Assembly: GCA_001179505.1 (NCBI GenBank)
Contig: CDMY01000566.1
Coordinates: forward strand, 1-51,193
Direction of reading: 5' to 3'
Origin: Vitrella brassicaformis CCMP3155
Taxonomy: Eukaryota > Protista > Chromerida
Length of the DNA: 51,193 nt
Shown here: piece after piece, positions 11,458 through 23,337 of the stretch
Numbering within the stretch: position 1 is the stretch's first letter
Layout of the letters: every line of letters starts with the position of its first letter
The notes under the pieces: generated by a model
Seen by the model: only the letters and a program-made list of their open reading frames with translations
The model's database searches: none
What the model was told of the DNA's origin: nothing
Made by a program: the position numbers and the translations under genes

Positions 11458-11990
11458 ATGCCTTCCCCTCGTTCCGTCCAGGGTCATCGTCGTGCTGCCA
11501 CTGGAGACGTCATCGGCTGCTTCAGCCAGACGTCATCAACGTCATCCGCACAGGGCGGGGAGGGCACCCACCACCAGGAATCTGACGACACCGCCCGACT
11601 CCGAGACACCCACACCTCGGAGGGAGTCTCGGTGGCCCCCGTGGTCTCGTACACCAGGAGCAACATGTGAGTGGCCATCAGGAAGGAGAAACACTGTTGC
11701 TCCTTGACTACTTTCTCCGGATGCTTGTGTGTCGTGTTTCAAGGGTCCGTCGCGCCCAGATGCTGTCGACCAGCACGACTCTGGCCTCACGCGAGACGGC
11801 AGCGACGCACGCCTCGACGTCCATCGGTAGTAGGCGCCCTCTCCCCCCTCCTGACGCGACGCGGCCTTCAGCTGCCCCACCTGCGCATCAATCGCGGCAG
11901 GTCGCAACCCAACGACAGCCAGCCCGCCGCTCTTCCGTTTGCCCGCTCGATGGACCTCACCCAGCGTGTGTTGCCGGACGCTGTCGATGA
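11458..11990 (+). CDS. Possible small two-exon hypothetical protein
   Basis: ATG at 11458, GTGAGT donor at 11667 and AAG acceptor at 11743. No recognisable motif, and the frame of exon 2 is ambiguous. Confidence 0.25.
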
Positions 11991-13264
11991 TACGTGGGGA
12001 GAGGAGACGCCTCACGTCCTGACGACCGGCCAACACGACGATGTGACCGTCATGCGTACCTGCAGAAGATAGGGACTAGCCATCTGGTGGTGATGCGAGC
12101 AGCGATTGGTCACTTTCGCCTTTGCCTCCAGTCAGCCCCATGACCAGCAGCAGCATGAGGCGTTGCGGATGGTGCGGGCACTCGGTGCCATACCTGTACT
12201 TATGTCTCCATGCACCGTGATGGATGAATACAGTGGATGGATTAAGTGCATGGAGCCTGTATCCGGTCGGGGTGTGATTCGCTGTCTTAACGTTCCACCG
12301 TCTGTGTGTTCGTATGGCCACTTCACTGCATTCCTTCAGGGATTACGGCTATTTTTCCTGTGGCCGGCTGTGAGGGTGCCTGTCCACCCGCTGCTTTTGG
12401 GGGGGAATGGAAGGGGGGCAGACACATCATGGCGTTTCCACGGCGTCAGTATCTTCGTGTGTGTGTGTGTGGGTGGGTGGGGTGGGCGTGGCTGTGTGCG
12501 GGTGGCTGCGACTGTGGGGTGGGGCTGCCTGCGAATGGGGTTGAGACACACCAAGCTGCTTGGATGTAGTCGCAACGCACAGCTAGCCGCTGTGCCGTGG
12601 GAGTTTCAGTCGACCTGACTGGACTCTGGACTCTGGGATGTACCTCACAATCGATGGTGGCCTGTGTGTCTGTCTGTCTGTCTGTCTGAGTGTACAGGTT
12701 CCCATCAGTGCTTTGTCTTCGTTCTCGGTGTGTGTGTGTGTATGTGTGTGTGAGTGCGTGGCTGGTTGCCGAGAAGCGGTCCTTTAAGACGCCAGTCTGT
12801 CTGCCATCAGTCACTTCCCAATAGATCCGCAGAAGATACATGCAGCTGTTCAATCATCACGCAAAAGAAAGAGACACACGCCATGAAGATGTATCCGGAC
12901 GCAGATCGACCAATCACTATCGACAGTCTGACGGGCAGCCAAACAGACAGACAGACAGACAGACGAGCGATTTGTCCACGCACGGAGGCACCCTGTGTGA
13001 TGCAGCCAGGCGCTGAGTCCCCTCATCCCCCCTTCTGTATCATGAGTAGGCATTTCCATCCATCCATCCATCCATGTGTCTCCATGTAGGTATGCATGCG
13101 CTACGGTATCCCTCACCCACGTGTGCTCAAAAAGACTCCATAGCCTGAAAGAGCAACGCAGCACAGCACAACAAACGAGCAAAACACCATCGCCCATGTT
13201 TGTATGTGTATGTCGCCCCCCAGCCAACCAACCAGATGACCTCCTACCTTCTGTCGTGTATCAG

Positions 13265-15835
13265 TCAGTTGAGGTTGGCTCGGTTTGGTGCGGCGACGTG
13301 CGCCGCTCCTCCGTCGTTAGGCGACACCATCGAAGGGCTGGATGTCATCTACATATTCACACACACACAGATGCATCCATCCATCCATCCCATCAGCACA
13401 CACACAGATGCTGTTGGTCATTCACTGGTAGGGCGAATGGTACTGGCGATGAGGCGGGTGAGGGGTCGCGTGGCAGAGCCAGCCCGATGTTCATCAGGGG
13501 AGGGCTCCGGTCGCCACGAGGAGACCCCAGATGACCCAACCTGTCATTCACATACATACAAGGACTTTGCCTACATCTCTCTCTCTCTCTTTGTCCCTCT
13601 GTGTGTATGGCGAGGTTGACCTCCCCGGCGTCTTGCAGCCTCGTTTCTTGGCTGAAGACATGGGTACACGAGTAGGCAAACCTATCCTGCAACACACACA
13701 CACACACACACAAGTGAGCCACGCCCAAGTGAATGGGCGGCCATCCAAGGAAAGAGTGTCTCGCATACTTGGCCGATCGAGGACCGATGGGCCGCGGGGC
13801 CGTCACCGCTGCCGTTGCCCCCACACCTCTGTAGGTAACGCACGAGACAGATAAGATAACCGCACAGTGTCCCCCTCCCTCCTCTGTTTGATTACGTGTT
13901 GGGCGAGAATGGTTCGCTGAGGTCCTTGAGGTCGACCATGGACATGCCGCGGCCGCCCACGGTCAGCAGCCCACGGGTCGTGTACGCGGGGGCCGGCGGA
14001 GGCGTCACGGGAACATGCCCCAACGGACTGATAAAGAATGATGTACACACACAGAGGGAGAGGGAGAGAGGGGTCCGCCGTGTCTGTGCTCCGCTTACAT
14101 GTTGGTGTTCGTGCCAGTCGTCTGCTCTACGCCCGCCCTCTCCCCTCCCTCCCCCCCCTCCCCGCCCTGCTCATACTCCTTCTCACGAATGCGGCTCCGC
14201 TGCTCTCCTTCCGACACCACGGGCGGCACCGGCGACGCAGCGACCGACGGACCAAGACTAGGCAGGTCCAGCGGCACCTCCACACGCCCAGCTTGGGCTA
14301 TGCTCGCCAGGATGGGCCACGACTCGCCAACACCTCTACCCCCAGGCCCCTCTCCCCCACCATTGCCATTTTTCTCGTCAAACCCACTGCTACCGTCGGC
14401 CAGGGCCACCTGCACCTGTGGTGTGGCGTCTCGTGAGAGCCCCAGGATGGCGTTCTTTTCGAGGTATTGAGCCATCTGCAGGGCCGGACCGAATGTGGGC
14501 GATCGGAGGCGGCTGGAGGGGAGGTCGTTGATGCCGCCGTTGCTGTTGTTGAAGAATGGGTTGGTGCGCTTGAATGAGTGGATGGGTGGCGGGGTGCGGT
14601 CGGGGACGGGCACTGGGAGAGGGGGCTTGGAGCTATCGCGCGGCTGCTGCTGCTGCTGCTGCTGAGTGGTCATGCTGAGCAGCTGGGTCAACCTGAGAAA
14701 GAGAAATGAGAGACACAGTAACAGCACAAGAGAGTTCGTGTCGTTTGTGTCCTTCATCTATCTGTCTTACTGTTCTTTGATTAGTGACTGTTCCTTGAGG
14801 ACCATGTCGACCTTGGCCCTCACGCCCTCCATCTTCCCCTCCACCCCCGCCAGCCCCCGCTCAACCGCACCCACACTCCCCAAGTTGACCTCCACATCAC
14901 GCAACCGCCCCATCACCCCACCCCCTCCCACCCCGGCTCCCACGCTATCGCCGAACTTGTCATCCAGGGTGCACTCCACCACCTGCTGCATCAGAGCCCT
15001 CAGCTCCTCCTCACGCACGCCGCGCACCATCCTCTCCAAAAGTCCATCGGTGTCGATGGCCTTGGACTCCCGCGCCGCCCCATCACCGTCACCAGCGCCA
15101 GCACCGCCAGCACCGCCATCCGGTGTGCTGTAGATCTCGCCCTTGGGCGAATGCACAACTTGCGACGCACTGCAGCATCCATCCATGGGGAGAGAAAAAA
15201 TGAGTGCCCCCCAGGTCGACATATGCCCTCCGCTCTGTCTGTCGTGTCAATTGCTTACTTGTCCTTTTTCGGCGTGTGGAGCGTGTGTTGGTCTTCCGTC
15301 GCCTGGACGACGGTGTGCTGGTGCTGGTGCTGCTGCTGCTGGTGCAGATGGTGCTGATGGTGGGGGGCAGCTGGGTGGCGGCGCGCGCCGAGATGGGCCG
15401 CATCACCCGCACCCGATGCGATGGAGGCAGATGCAGTGCCGGCCGCCGATCCCGCCGATGCAGCTGTGCGGGGTCGGTGCTGGTGCTGATGCTGACAATA
15501 GGAGAGAAAACGATAATAGCGTTGTGCATTCGGATGCATTCGGATGACGTCACGTTGTATGGCCCATGCACTACCTGTGGTGCGCGCGCGGCGGCCTGTT
15601 TCGGCTTGGGGATCATCGAGGGCTGCTGCACGGGGGGATGCGGGTGCTGCTGCTTCCTGCAGGCAACAATGGCAAAGAGAATTGAGATGCATCCAATGCA
15701 TTCCATCCGTCCAATTCATCCATTCGATGGGTTGTGCACCATCATCCGTACTTCTCCTTACTCCTTGTCCTGTTTCCATTGCAACAGCTTCTTCTTCCTA
15801 TCCACGGCGGCAGCGGATCTTTCCTTGTCCGCCAT
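13265..15835 (-). CDS. Multi-exon low-complexity hypothetical protein with a central coiled coil; 3' exons uncertain
   Basis: Splices as MADKERSAAAVDRKKKLLQWKQDKE / KQQHPHPPVQQ... / HQHQHRP...TPKKD / ASQVVHSPK...LLERMVRGVREEELRALMQQVVE...VEGKMEGVRAKVDMVLKEQ / LTQLLSMTTQQQ... with consistent intron phases. Confidence 0.65.
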
Positions 15836-16007
15836 CTCGCCAAACAACCGCATCCAAGCGGATGCTATCCGCCGGGTAGCGTGAAACGCTTCAGGTGAGG
15901 CGGGCTGTTGGAGTTTGTGGAGTTTGGCCACATACGCTCAGTCCACCGCGTACGACAGGGTGTCAGGACGACGTTGACGAATCAATCCATGGGAGGATGT
16001 CAATACG
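15836..16007. promoter_or_regulatory. Probable bidirectional promoter (172 bp) between divergent ATGs
   Basis: Head-to-head start codons at 15835 (-) and 16008 (+), with microsatellite-free sequence between. Inferred from geometry only. Confidence 0.45.
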
Positions 16008-16350
16008 ATGAAGAGCAGGGTGAAGTTTGCTGATGTGTTCCTGGTGCTGATGGTTGGCGTCGGCACGAGCTACTACACCATGTGGCCTACCATGCAGACC
16101 TGGAAACGGTAAGCTTGAGGCAGCATCCACCCTAATTAATGCATCCTCCCCTGGATCACACGTACTGGCTTGTGTGTGTCTGTGCTGTGTCCTGATGCTG
16201 CCCGTTCCGACGCGTGTTTCAATTCTGTGCAGCAACAACGAGGCCTTGATGGAGGAGCGTGAGCGTCGTCGCGTGTTCATGATGCCTGAACCACCAGCCA
16301 TCACAACCGCCGCCACACCCCCCGCACAGCCTGCTGAAGGCGAGGCCTAG
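16008..16350 (+). CDS. 72-aa single-TM microprotein, PIGBOS1-like; exons 16008-16108 and 16233-16350
   Basis: MKSRVKFADVFLVLMVGVGTSYYTMWPTMQTWKRNNEALMEERERRRVFMMPEPPAITTAATPPAQPAEGEA*. Clean GTAAG...TGCAG phase-2 intron, and a hydrophobic helix followed by a charged helix. Confidence 0.7.
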
Positions 16351-16385
16351 ACGAGAGAGAGAGAGCCATACATAGCGTTGCTATC

Positions 16386-18853
16386 ATGTCGGCTGTGAGG
16401 CGTGTTGTGGGCAATGGGGCGTGTATGCGACCTTCTTTCGTGGCACACGAGTCGGTGACCGAGGGGACGCTTAAGCAGCACATGGACACGCTCAAGACCC
16501 ACCTGCGAAAGATCAATAGGGAGAGCCTCACGCGAGAGCAGTGGATGCAGTAAGCATGCCTCACCAGAGCCTGCAACACAATACAATCTAACGCGCCATG
16601 TCATCACTTGTGTGTGGGCAGGCTGCAGGAAGGTGTGCCGGCTGTCTATCTGTCGCTGCTGCATTACGTGGTGTTTGAGTGGTCGCCATACGTGCCGGCC
16701 TACCTGCTCGACCAGGGCTATGCCTTCAGGGCCGCGGCGGACCGCAAGTTCATCGACAACATATACAAACTTCTCGTAAGCAAGCCATCTCCCCCCACAC
16801 ACCACACCCTACGCCCATATATCCACTCGTCAGCGAGCGTCTTTCTCTTCGGTCTGTCTGCAGCGAGAGGAGTTCCGTTATGAGCCCGATTTGCCCCTGT
16901 CCCTGTTCTTCAACACTGGGGCGCCCCTGAAGAAGCTCCAGCTGCTGTGCCGCACCATCCAGCACATCATGGCCAAGCACCACGAGCTGCACAAGGCCTC
17001 ACACGCCCGCCACACACACCACCACCACCGCCGCCCGAGGCCGCCAGCCCTCGGACATACGCCGTCGTCGGCTCCCTCGACGAGCAGCAACGCATCCAGG
17101 CGGGCAACGACGCCCACCCCGGCAGCATCGTGTGGTGGTGGTGGTGGAAGTGGTCGAGTGGGCAGGAAGGGGGGCTCGGTGACCCCGGTGCAGAGGCGGG
17201 GAGGGGTGAAAGCGGGAAATGGGGACGACAGTGTCAGGTGAGGACATATGTTATGAATGCCGTGACGGGTGCGATTGATATGTGGTCTGTGTTGTGTGTA
17301 CATATGTCTGTCTGGGTGTTGGTTGGTTGTATGTGTCAGGGTGGTGAGGGGCAAACCGGTCGCTGCCGGGTGGGAAGGAGGGCGCATCACGACACCAGGT
17401 GAGTGAGTCCGGTCCGCAAGAGAGAGGCACACCTACCACATGCTATGCACAGCAGAGGCCACATGCCATGCAATACCTGTCTGTCTGTGTGCTTGTCAGA
17501 AGTGCTGCCTCCCACCCTCCCCCTTTCCCGCCCCGCTCCATCCGTGCTGCCCAATCGCCATACCCACGCCCATACCCACACCCAGGGCACACAGTGCTCA
17601 TCTCCCGCGCGAGCTCAAGCACACGTGGACGCCTCTCACCCACCGTCGCCAGCGCGGGCCTGTTTGCCATCCAGCGAGCTCGAGGCCCTGTTCTTTGAAA
17701 TGAAAGAGGTACCTCCACCCCAGGCTGCACGGAAATGGACGCAAACACCGTGGCATTTATTTCGTGTGTGGCTGCAGCGCGCGTGTGAGATGGCGGTGTT
17801 GAAGCCCCGCGTAGATGCGCTGGAGCAGCACGTGACGGTCAGGATGGCTGAGATGGAGAGGCGGCATGAGGGCCGGGTGGTCTCACTCGAACACACCGTC
17901 GCCACCCTTGCAGAGAGGGTGGAGCAGCTGGAGGGCGAGCTGAGGCAGCAGCGCCGAGATGGGGATAGGTCGGGGGCAACAGAGGAGGGGGAGAGGAGTG
18001 GGGGGCGTATGGATGAGATGAGTGACATTCGGGACGTGGTCTCCCGGCAGGTCGATAAGGTGAGAGGCTGGCTGACCCGCACGACGATTTGCTGACTTGA
18101 CACGACGGTTGCCTGGTATATGTTGGCTGGTTCAGGTGGCCATGGAGTATCGTCTGGTAGAGCAGCGGCTCAACATCCTAGACCAAAAGGTGAGTAAGGT
18201 GCTGGTCAACACCACACCAAAACACAAAACTCACCCACTGCTCCTGAATCAGGTGATGTCCCTTGGCAACACCGCCTCGATGCCTCCAGCCCACACCCAC
18301 ACCCCACAACACAGCCACACGAGCGGGCTCCAGGCCAACAGCCCTCTGCAGCCCTCAAGAGGGCACAGCGACACCCGCTTCGCCGCTGCCCCCCGGGCTA
18401 CGGTGCACCATCGGTCACCGACAGAGCCGCGGCTCCTGCCTGTGGGGACGGCAGACAGGGAGGGGTACGAGGGCCAAGACGAGGGCCCACGAATGGCACA
18501 AGTGAGCGAGCACCACCACACTCAGGGCTGCACATCTGGTGGATCGATGGTGTGCTTCCCCTGGTGTGTGGCAGCCGTATGTGGACGTGTATCGTCCGGT
18601 GAGCTGGCAAGCGTCGCCCCCGTACCCTCAGCAGCAGCGTTTTGTGGGCGGCGGCCATGGCCTTGCTTCGCCGCCGTCGAGTGGCGAGAGACCCATGCCG
18701 CTGCTAGCCACCAGATTGAGGCAGTCGTCCCCTCCACAGGACGCTCGGCCACAGGACACGCAGTGTTCTAACTACCAGCCGACCGATCCATGGATGGCCC
18801 ATGGCCCGCCGTATGTTCCCTGTCAGCCGCAGCAGCAGCAGCAGCAGCAGTGA
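16386..18853 (+). CDS. CEP44: Centrosomal protein CEP44 homologue (N-terminal CEP44 domain, coiled coil, low-complexity tail); about 9 exons
   Basis: TLKQHMDTLKTHLRKIN...LQEGVPAVYLSLLHYVVFEWSPYVPAYLLDQGYAFRAAADRKFIDNIYKLLREEFRYEPDLPLSLFFNTGAPLKKLQLLCRTIQHIMAKHHEL follows the CEP44 domain pattern (G.Pa..L.i..y....ySp.v......D.rFid.vYkllRd.F.ykP.L....F...fae.K). Confidence 0.85.
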
Positions 18854-19421
18854 ATAGGGAGGGGAGGGACGGGGGTCGATTGGGCAAACACTTTGAGAAG
18901 GATATGTGGGCTGGTTGGACATGGATGAACGACGAATGTTGACTGAATACATACAATGCATGTACGAGGGCGATTGATTCAGAGAGAGGTGTGACTCACT
19001 CGACACACATAAAGGCCACCATTCGTTCCAAGTGACACGCATATTTCCTTCAGCAGCAGCGCAGCAACATCACACGAAGATTCTCTGAGGAGAGGACATG
19101 TTTGGCTCACTCGCGCCGAGCCCACGCCAGTCATGGGAACAGGATCTGCCGAGGAGGGCACCTGGGGATGGGTCGCACAAGGCAACGTGACATCAGATGA
19201 CTCAGACAGCCTGCTGATGAGTCAAAAGTCAGCAGGCTGTCAAGTCAACATGGACACAATGGGGATCGAACCCATGGCCTTCTCGATGCGAACGAGATGT
19301 GATACCACTACACCATACGCCCAGTTACCAACCTATGGTAGTGCTCTTATCACTGACTACGTCTGCTTCCCGCTCTTCAGTCATCTCGCACCAGCTGCTC
19401 CTTCCAGAAACGCAGCCATTC

Positions 19422-20860
19422 ATGCTGAGGAGGTGCTCCGTGAGATTTCCCCCTTCCAGATCTGCACTGTCGTCGCTGCATCTGTCAATAGCCTTTGTCG
19501 CCTCCATCTTCCACGCATACCGCCCTTCCAGCTTCGCCCGCCTCTGCACATCCACGCTGCAGCGGCGTGCCTCCAGATCTCTCTGCATGGCAACGGCAAA
19601 AACCGACACGGCCCCGCAATGGCAAAAACTCGACCGCACAACCGTAGTGTCGAGTCCTGACGAAGTGGGTGCGGGCGAGCAGCTGAAGCTCATCGGGACA
19701 CACGACGGCGTCTTCCACTGCGATGAGGTGACGCACCGCGTGAGTGCCAGCCAGGGCTGTGACTTACTTGTCGGTCGCGTGTCTGTGATAGTGCTGATTG
19801 TCGGTGAGTGAGTGCAGGTGTTGGCGTGTGCACTGCTGCGTCTGCTGCCCGAGTACGAGAGCGCGGCAGTGATCCGCTCTCGAAATCCTGCCTACCTCGA
19901 CAGGGCCCACACAGTGGTGAGTGAAAGCACACTCACGCAAGGCTCTCGGCGACTGAGTGTTTCCCTCCCGGCAATCTGTGCACCTGACTGCCACTGCCCC
20001 TGTGATGCATTCAGGTCGATGTGGGTGGCGTCTACGACGCGGCCGCCCGTCGCTTCGACCACCACCAGGCCGGATTCGCCGACGTGCTTGGTGGTGGGTT
20101 TGAGACCAAGCTCTCGTCCGCAGGCCTTGTCTACAAGCACTACGGCAGACGCGTCATCGAGACGATTGTCGGCCCGCAGGCCGCCGCCGCCGCCATTGAC
20201 GTCATGTACAAGAAGATCTACCAGTCCTTCGTGGAGGCCATCGACGGCATTGACAACGGGATCGAGGTGGCGGACGGGCCGCTGAGGTACAAGATCTACA
20301 CGCACCTGAGCGGACGAGTGGGTCAGATGAACCCGCGATGGAACCAGGAACAATCGCCCGGGCAGAGCAACGCGGCCTTCAAGCGGGCGATGCGGCTGGC
20401 GGGAGAGGAGTTCGTCAACAGTGTGGTCGACTTGTGGGACTCGTGGTGGCCGGCCCGCGAGATCGTCAAGTTGGCGTATGGGAACCGGCACAACGTCCAC
20501 TCCTCCGGGCAGATCGTTCTGCTCGAGAGATTCTGCCCATGGGCCTCCCATCTTTTCGACATCGAGCAACAGCAGCAACAGCAGCAACAGCAGGGCGGCT
20601 CTTCAAGCGTGCCTCCAGTGGTGTACGTCATCTACGCCGACGTGAAGGGCTCGTGGCGCGTGCAAGCCGTTGCCGAGGAGGAGGGCTCCTTCACATCGCG
20701 CAAGGCCCTTCCCGAGCAGTGGCGGGGGCTGAGGGATGAGGAGCTGAGTCGTGTGATGGGCATAGAGGGGGGAGTGTTCGTGCACGGCACTGGGTTCATC
20801 GGGGGCCATGCGACGAAGGAGGGAGCGATGAAGATGGCCGAGAAGGCACTCGCTGCATGA
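19422..20860 (+). CDS. MYG1: MYG1 (UPF0160, DHH-family exonuclease), full copy A, three exons, with an N-terminal presequence
   Basis: IGTHDGVFHCDEVLAC.LLRLLPEY...IRSRNP..LD.AHTVVDVGGVYD...RFDHHQ.GF...TKLSSAGLVYKHYG...FVEAIDGIDNGI...LERFCPW..HLF...WRVQAV...FTSRKALPEQWRGLRD...GGVFVHGTGFIGGH is the canonical MYG1 signature. Confidence 0.95.
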
Positions 20861-21008
20861 TATGATGGGCTGCTAGGGGAACGATGGGTGGTTGGCTGGC
20901 TGGACGTTGCGTTGCGTGTCACTTGGACCGAACAGCTAGTGGCATGTGTTTATGTATGTGCGTCGACTCGAGTCACATTTACCTCTCTGAATGAATCGCC
21001 CTCGTACG

Positions 21009-21308
21009 NNNNNNNNNNNNNNNNNNNNNNNNNNNNNNNNNNNNNNNNNNNNNNNNNNNNNNNNNNNNNNNNNNNNNNNNNNNNNNNNNNNNNNNNNNNN
21101 NNNNNNNNNNNNNNNNNNNNNNNNNNNNNNNNNNNNNNNNNNNNNNNNNNNNNNNNNNNNNNNNNNNNNNNNNNNNNNNNNNNNNNNNNNNNNNNNNNNN
21201 NNNNNNNNNNNNNNNNNNNNNNNNNNNNNNNNNNNNNNNNNNNNNNNNNNNNNNNNNNNNNNNNNNNNNNNNNNNNNNNNNNNNNNNNNNNNNNNNNNNN
21301 NNNNNNNN
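21009..21308. other. Scaffold gap (300 N)
   Basis: Run of 300 N. Confidence 1.
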
Positions 21309-22001
21309 GTCGGCCCGCAGGCCGCCGCCGCCGCCATTGACGTCATGTACAAGAAGATCTACCAGTCCTTCGTGGAGGCCATCGACGGCATTGACAACGG
21401 GATCGAGGTGGCGGACGGGCCGCTGAGGTACAAGATCTACACGCACCTGAGCGGACGAGTGGGTCAGATGAACCCGCGATGGAACCAGGAACAATCGCCC
21501 GGGCAGAGCAACGCGGCCTTCAAGCGGGCGATGCGGCTGGCGGGAGAGGAGTTCGTCAACAGTGTGGTCGACTTGTGGGACTCGTGGTGGCCGGCCCGCG
21601 AGATCGTCAAGTTGGCGTATGGGAACCGGCACAACGTCCACTCCTCCGGGCAGATCGTTCTGCTCGAGAGATTCTGCCCATGGGCCTCCCATCTTTTCGA
21701 CATCGAGCAACAGCAGCAACAGCAGCAACAGCAGGGCGGCTCTTCAAGCGTGCCTCCAGTGGTGTACGTCATCTACGCCGACGTGAAGGGCTCGTGGCGC
21801 GTGCAAGCCGTTGCCGAGGAGGAGGGCTCCTTCACATCGCGCAAGGCCCTTCCCGAGCAGTGGCGGGGGCTGAGGGATGAGGAGCTGAGTCGTGTGATGG
21901 GCATAGAGGGGGGAGTGTTCCTGCACGGCACTGGGTTCATCGGGGGCCATGCGACGAAGGAGGGAGCGATGAAGATGGCCGAGAAGGCACTCGCTGCATG
22001 A
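21309..22001 (+). other. MYG1: Near-identical duplicate of the MYG1 3' exon and 3' UTR (copy B) between two gaps; probably an assembly duplication
   Basis: Matches copy A including the 3' UTR. One difference seen (FVHG vs FLHG). Flanked by N gaps on both sides. Confidence 0.75.
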
Positions 22002-22197
22002 TATGATGGGCTGCTAGGGGAACGATGGGTGGTTGGCTGGCTGGACGTTGCGTTGCGTGTCACTTGGACCGAACAGCTAGTGGCATGTGTTTATGTATGT
22101 GCGTCGACTCGAGTCACATTTACCTCTCTGAATGAATCGCCCTCGTACGAACATGTATGTATGTGTTCAATCAAGCAATCAACGCCCCCCCCCCCCC

Positions 22198-22497
22198 NNN
22201 NNNNNNNNNNNNNNNNNNNNNNNNNNNNNNNNNNNNNNNNNNNNNNNNNNNNNNNNNNNNNNNNNNNNNNNNNNNNNNNNNNNNNNNNNNNNNNNNNNNN
22301 NNNNNNNNNNNNNNNNNNNNNNNNNNNNNNNNNNNNNNNNNNNNNNNNNNNNNNNNNNNNNNNNNNNNNNNNNNNNNNNNNNNNNNNNNNNNNNNNNNNN
22401 NNNNNNNNNNNNNNNNNNNNNNNNNNNNNNNNNNNNNNNNNNNNNNNNNNNNNNNNNNNNNNNNNNNNNNNNNNNNNNNNNNNNNNNNNNNNNNNNN
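22198..22497. other. Scaffold gap (300 N), preceded by a poly-C run
   Basis: Run of 300 N. Confidence 1.
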
Positions 22498-22531
22498 ACA
22501 CACACACACACATCCATCCATCCACCCCCTG

Positions 22532-22570
<39 letters not shown>

Positions 22571-22990
22571 TGTGTTCGTGTGTGTGTTAGAGTGTGTGTG
22601 TGTGCCATTGGTGTGTGTGTGTGTGTGTGTGTGCCATTGGTGTTTGTGTGTGTGTGCCATTGGTGTGTGTTAGTTTGTTCGTGTGTGTGTTAGTGTGTGT
22701 GTGTGTGCCATTGGTGCGAAGGCGAGGCCCGAAGGGCCGAGCCGAGCCTGTCTCTGTGTGTGGGTGTGTGTTGTCTGTGTGTGTGTGCATCCCATAGGCC
22801 CCCACACACACGCATCCACCGTCTGCACACACACACTCTCTCTCTCTCTGTGTGTGTGTGTGTCACCCATGCGAGGGCGAGGCTGTCTGTGTGTGTTGTC
22901 TGTGTGTGTGTACATCCCATAGACCCCCCCTTTCACCCCCACTCACCCCTGCACTCATCGGTTGTCTCTCACTCTCTCTGTGTCCATGGC
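22498..22990. repeat. Compound (GT/CA/CT)n microsatellite with four embedded GTGCCATTGGTG units and two copies of TGTGTTGTCTGTGTGTGTGT(G/A)CATCCCATA
   Basis: Visible directly in the sequence. Confidence 0.85.
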
Positions 22991-23337
22991 TTTTTTGCTA
23001 ACTTCGTGGTGCCGTGGATGGACGAGTATTGACTGTACAGCTTATCTACAAGATGTTCTGTAAAGTGCCAACGCCCATCGCCTCCATATTCGGCCTTTCC
23101 ACTAGGTTGCACCTCTCACCACTTCACCGCACTGAACCCATCGATACCCCCCGTGCCGCATACCCACTTCTCACACACGCAAGGCCATCCGCTCAAACTC
23201 ACCACGCGCACAGCCCATCACACCAGCAGTCATTCCCCGGCCGCCCCGCCCCCCTGCAATGGGAAAAAGCCTCCAAAGCCAAAGTATTAGGGCTGGGGTG
23301 TAGGGTTTGCGAGCTTAAAGGTGCAGAACTCCTCCCC

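Noticed and set aside
12106-12618. 170-aa ORF as a gene
   Set aside because: Non-ATG start, runs into (GT)n repeats, no motif and no convincing splice model.
8838-18853. A functional cytoskeletal gene cluster (STPG-like, CKAP2-like, CEP44)
   Set aside because: Only CEP44 is firmly identified. The other two assignments are too weak to claim clustering.
20568-20592. PolyQ in MYG1, and polyQ/polyH runs in other genes, as special features
   Set aside because: Simple CAG/CAA expansions are ubiquitous in this window and fall in variable loops or tails.
21309-22197. MYG1 copy B as a genuine third gene
   Set aside because: Virtually identical to copy A including the 3' UTR and bounded by gaps on both sides. 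An assembly duplication is the simplest explanation.
22498-22990. GTGCCATTGGTG units as a CRISPR-like array
   Set aside because: The units are 12 bp, irregularly spaced, and separated by (GT)n rather than unique spacers. The context is eukaryotic with no cas genes.
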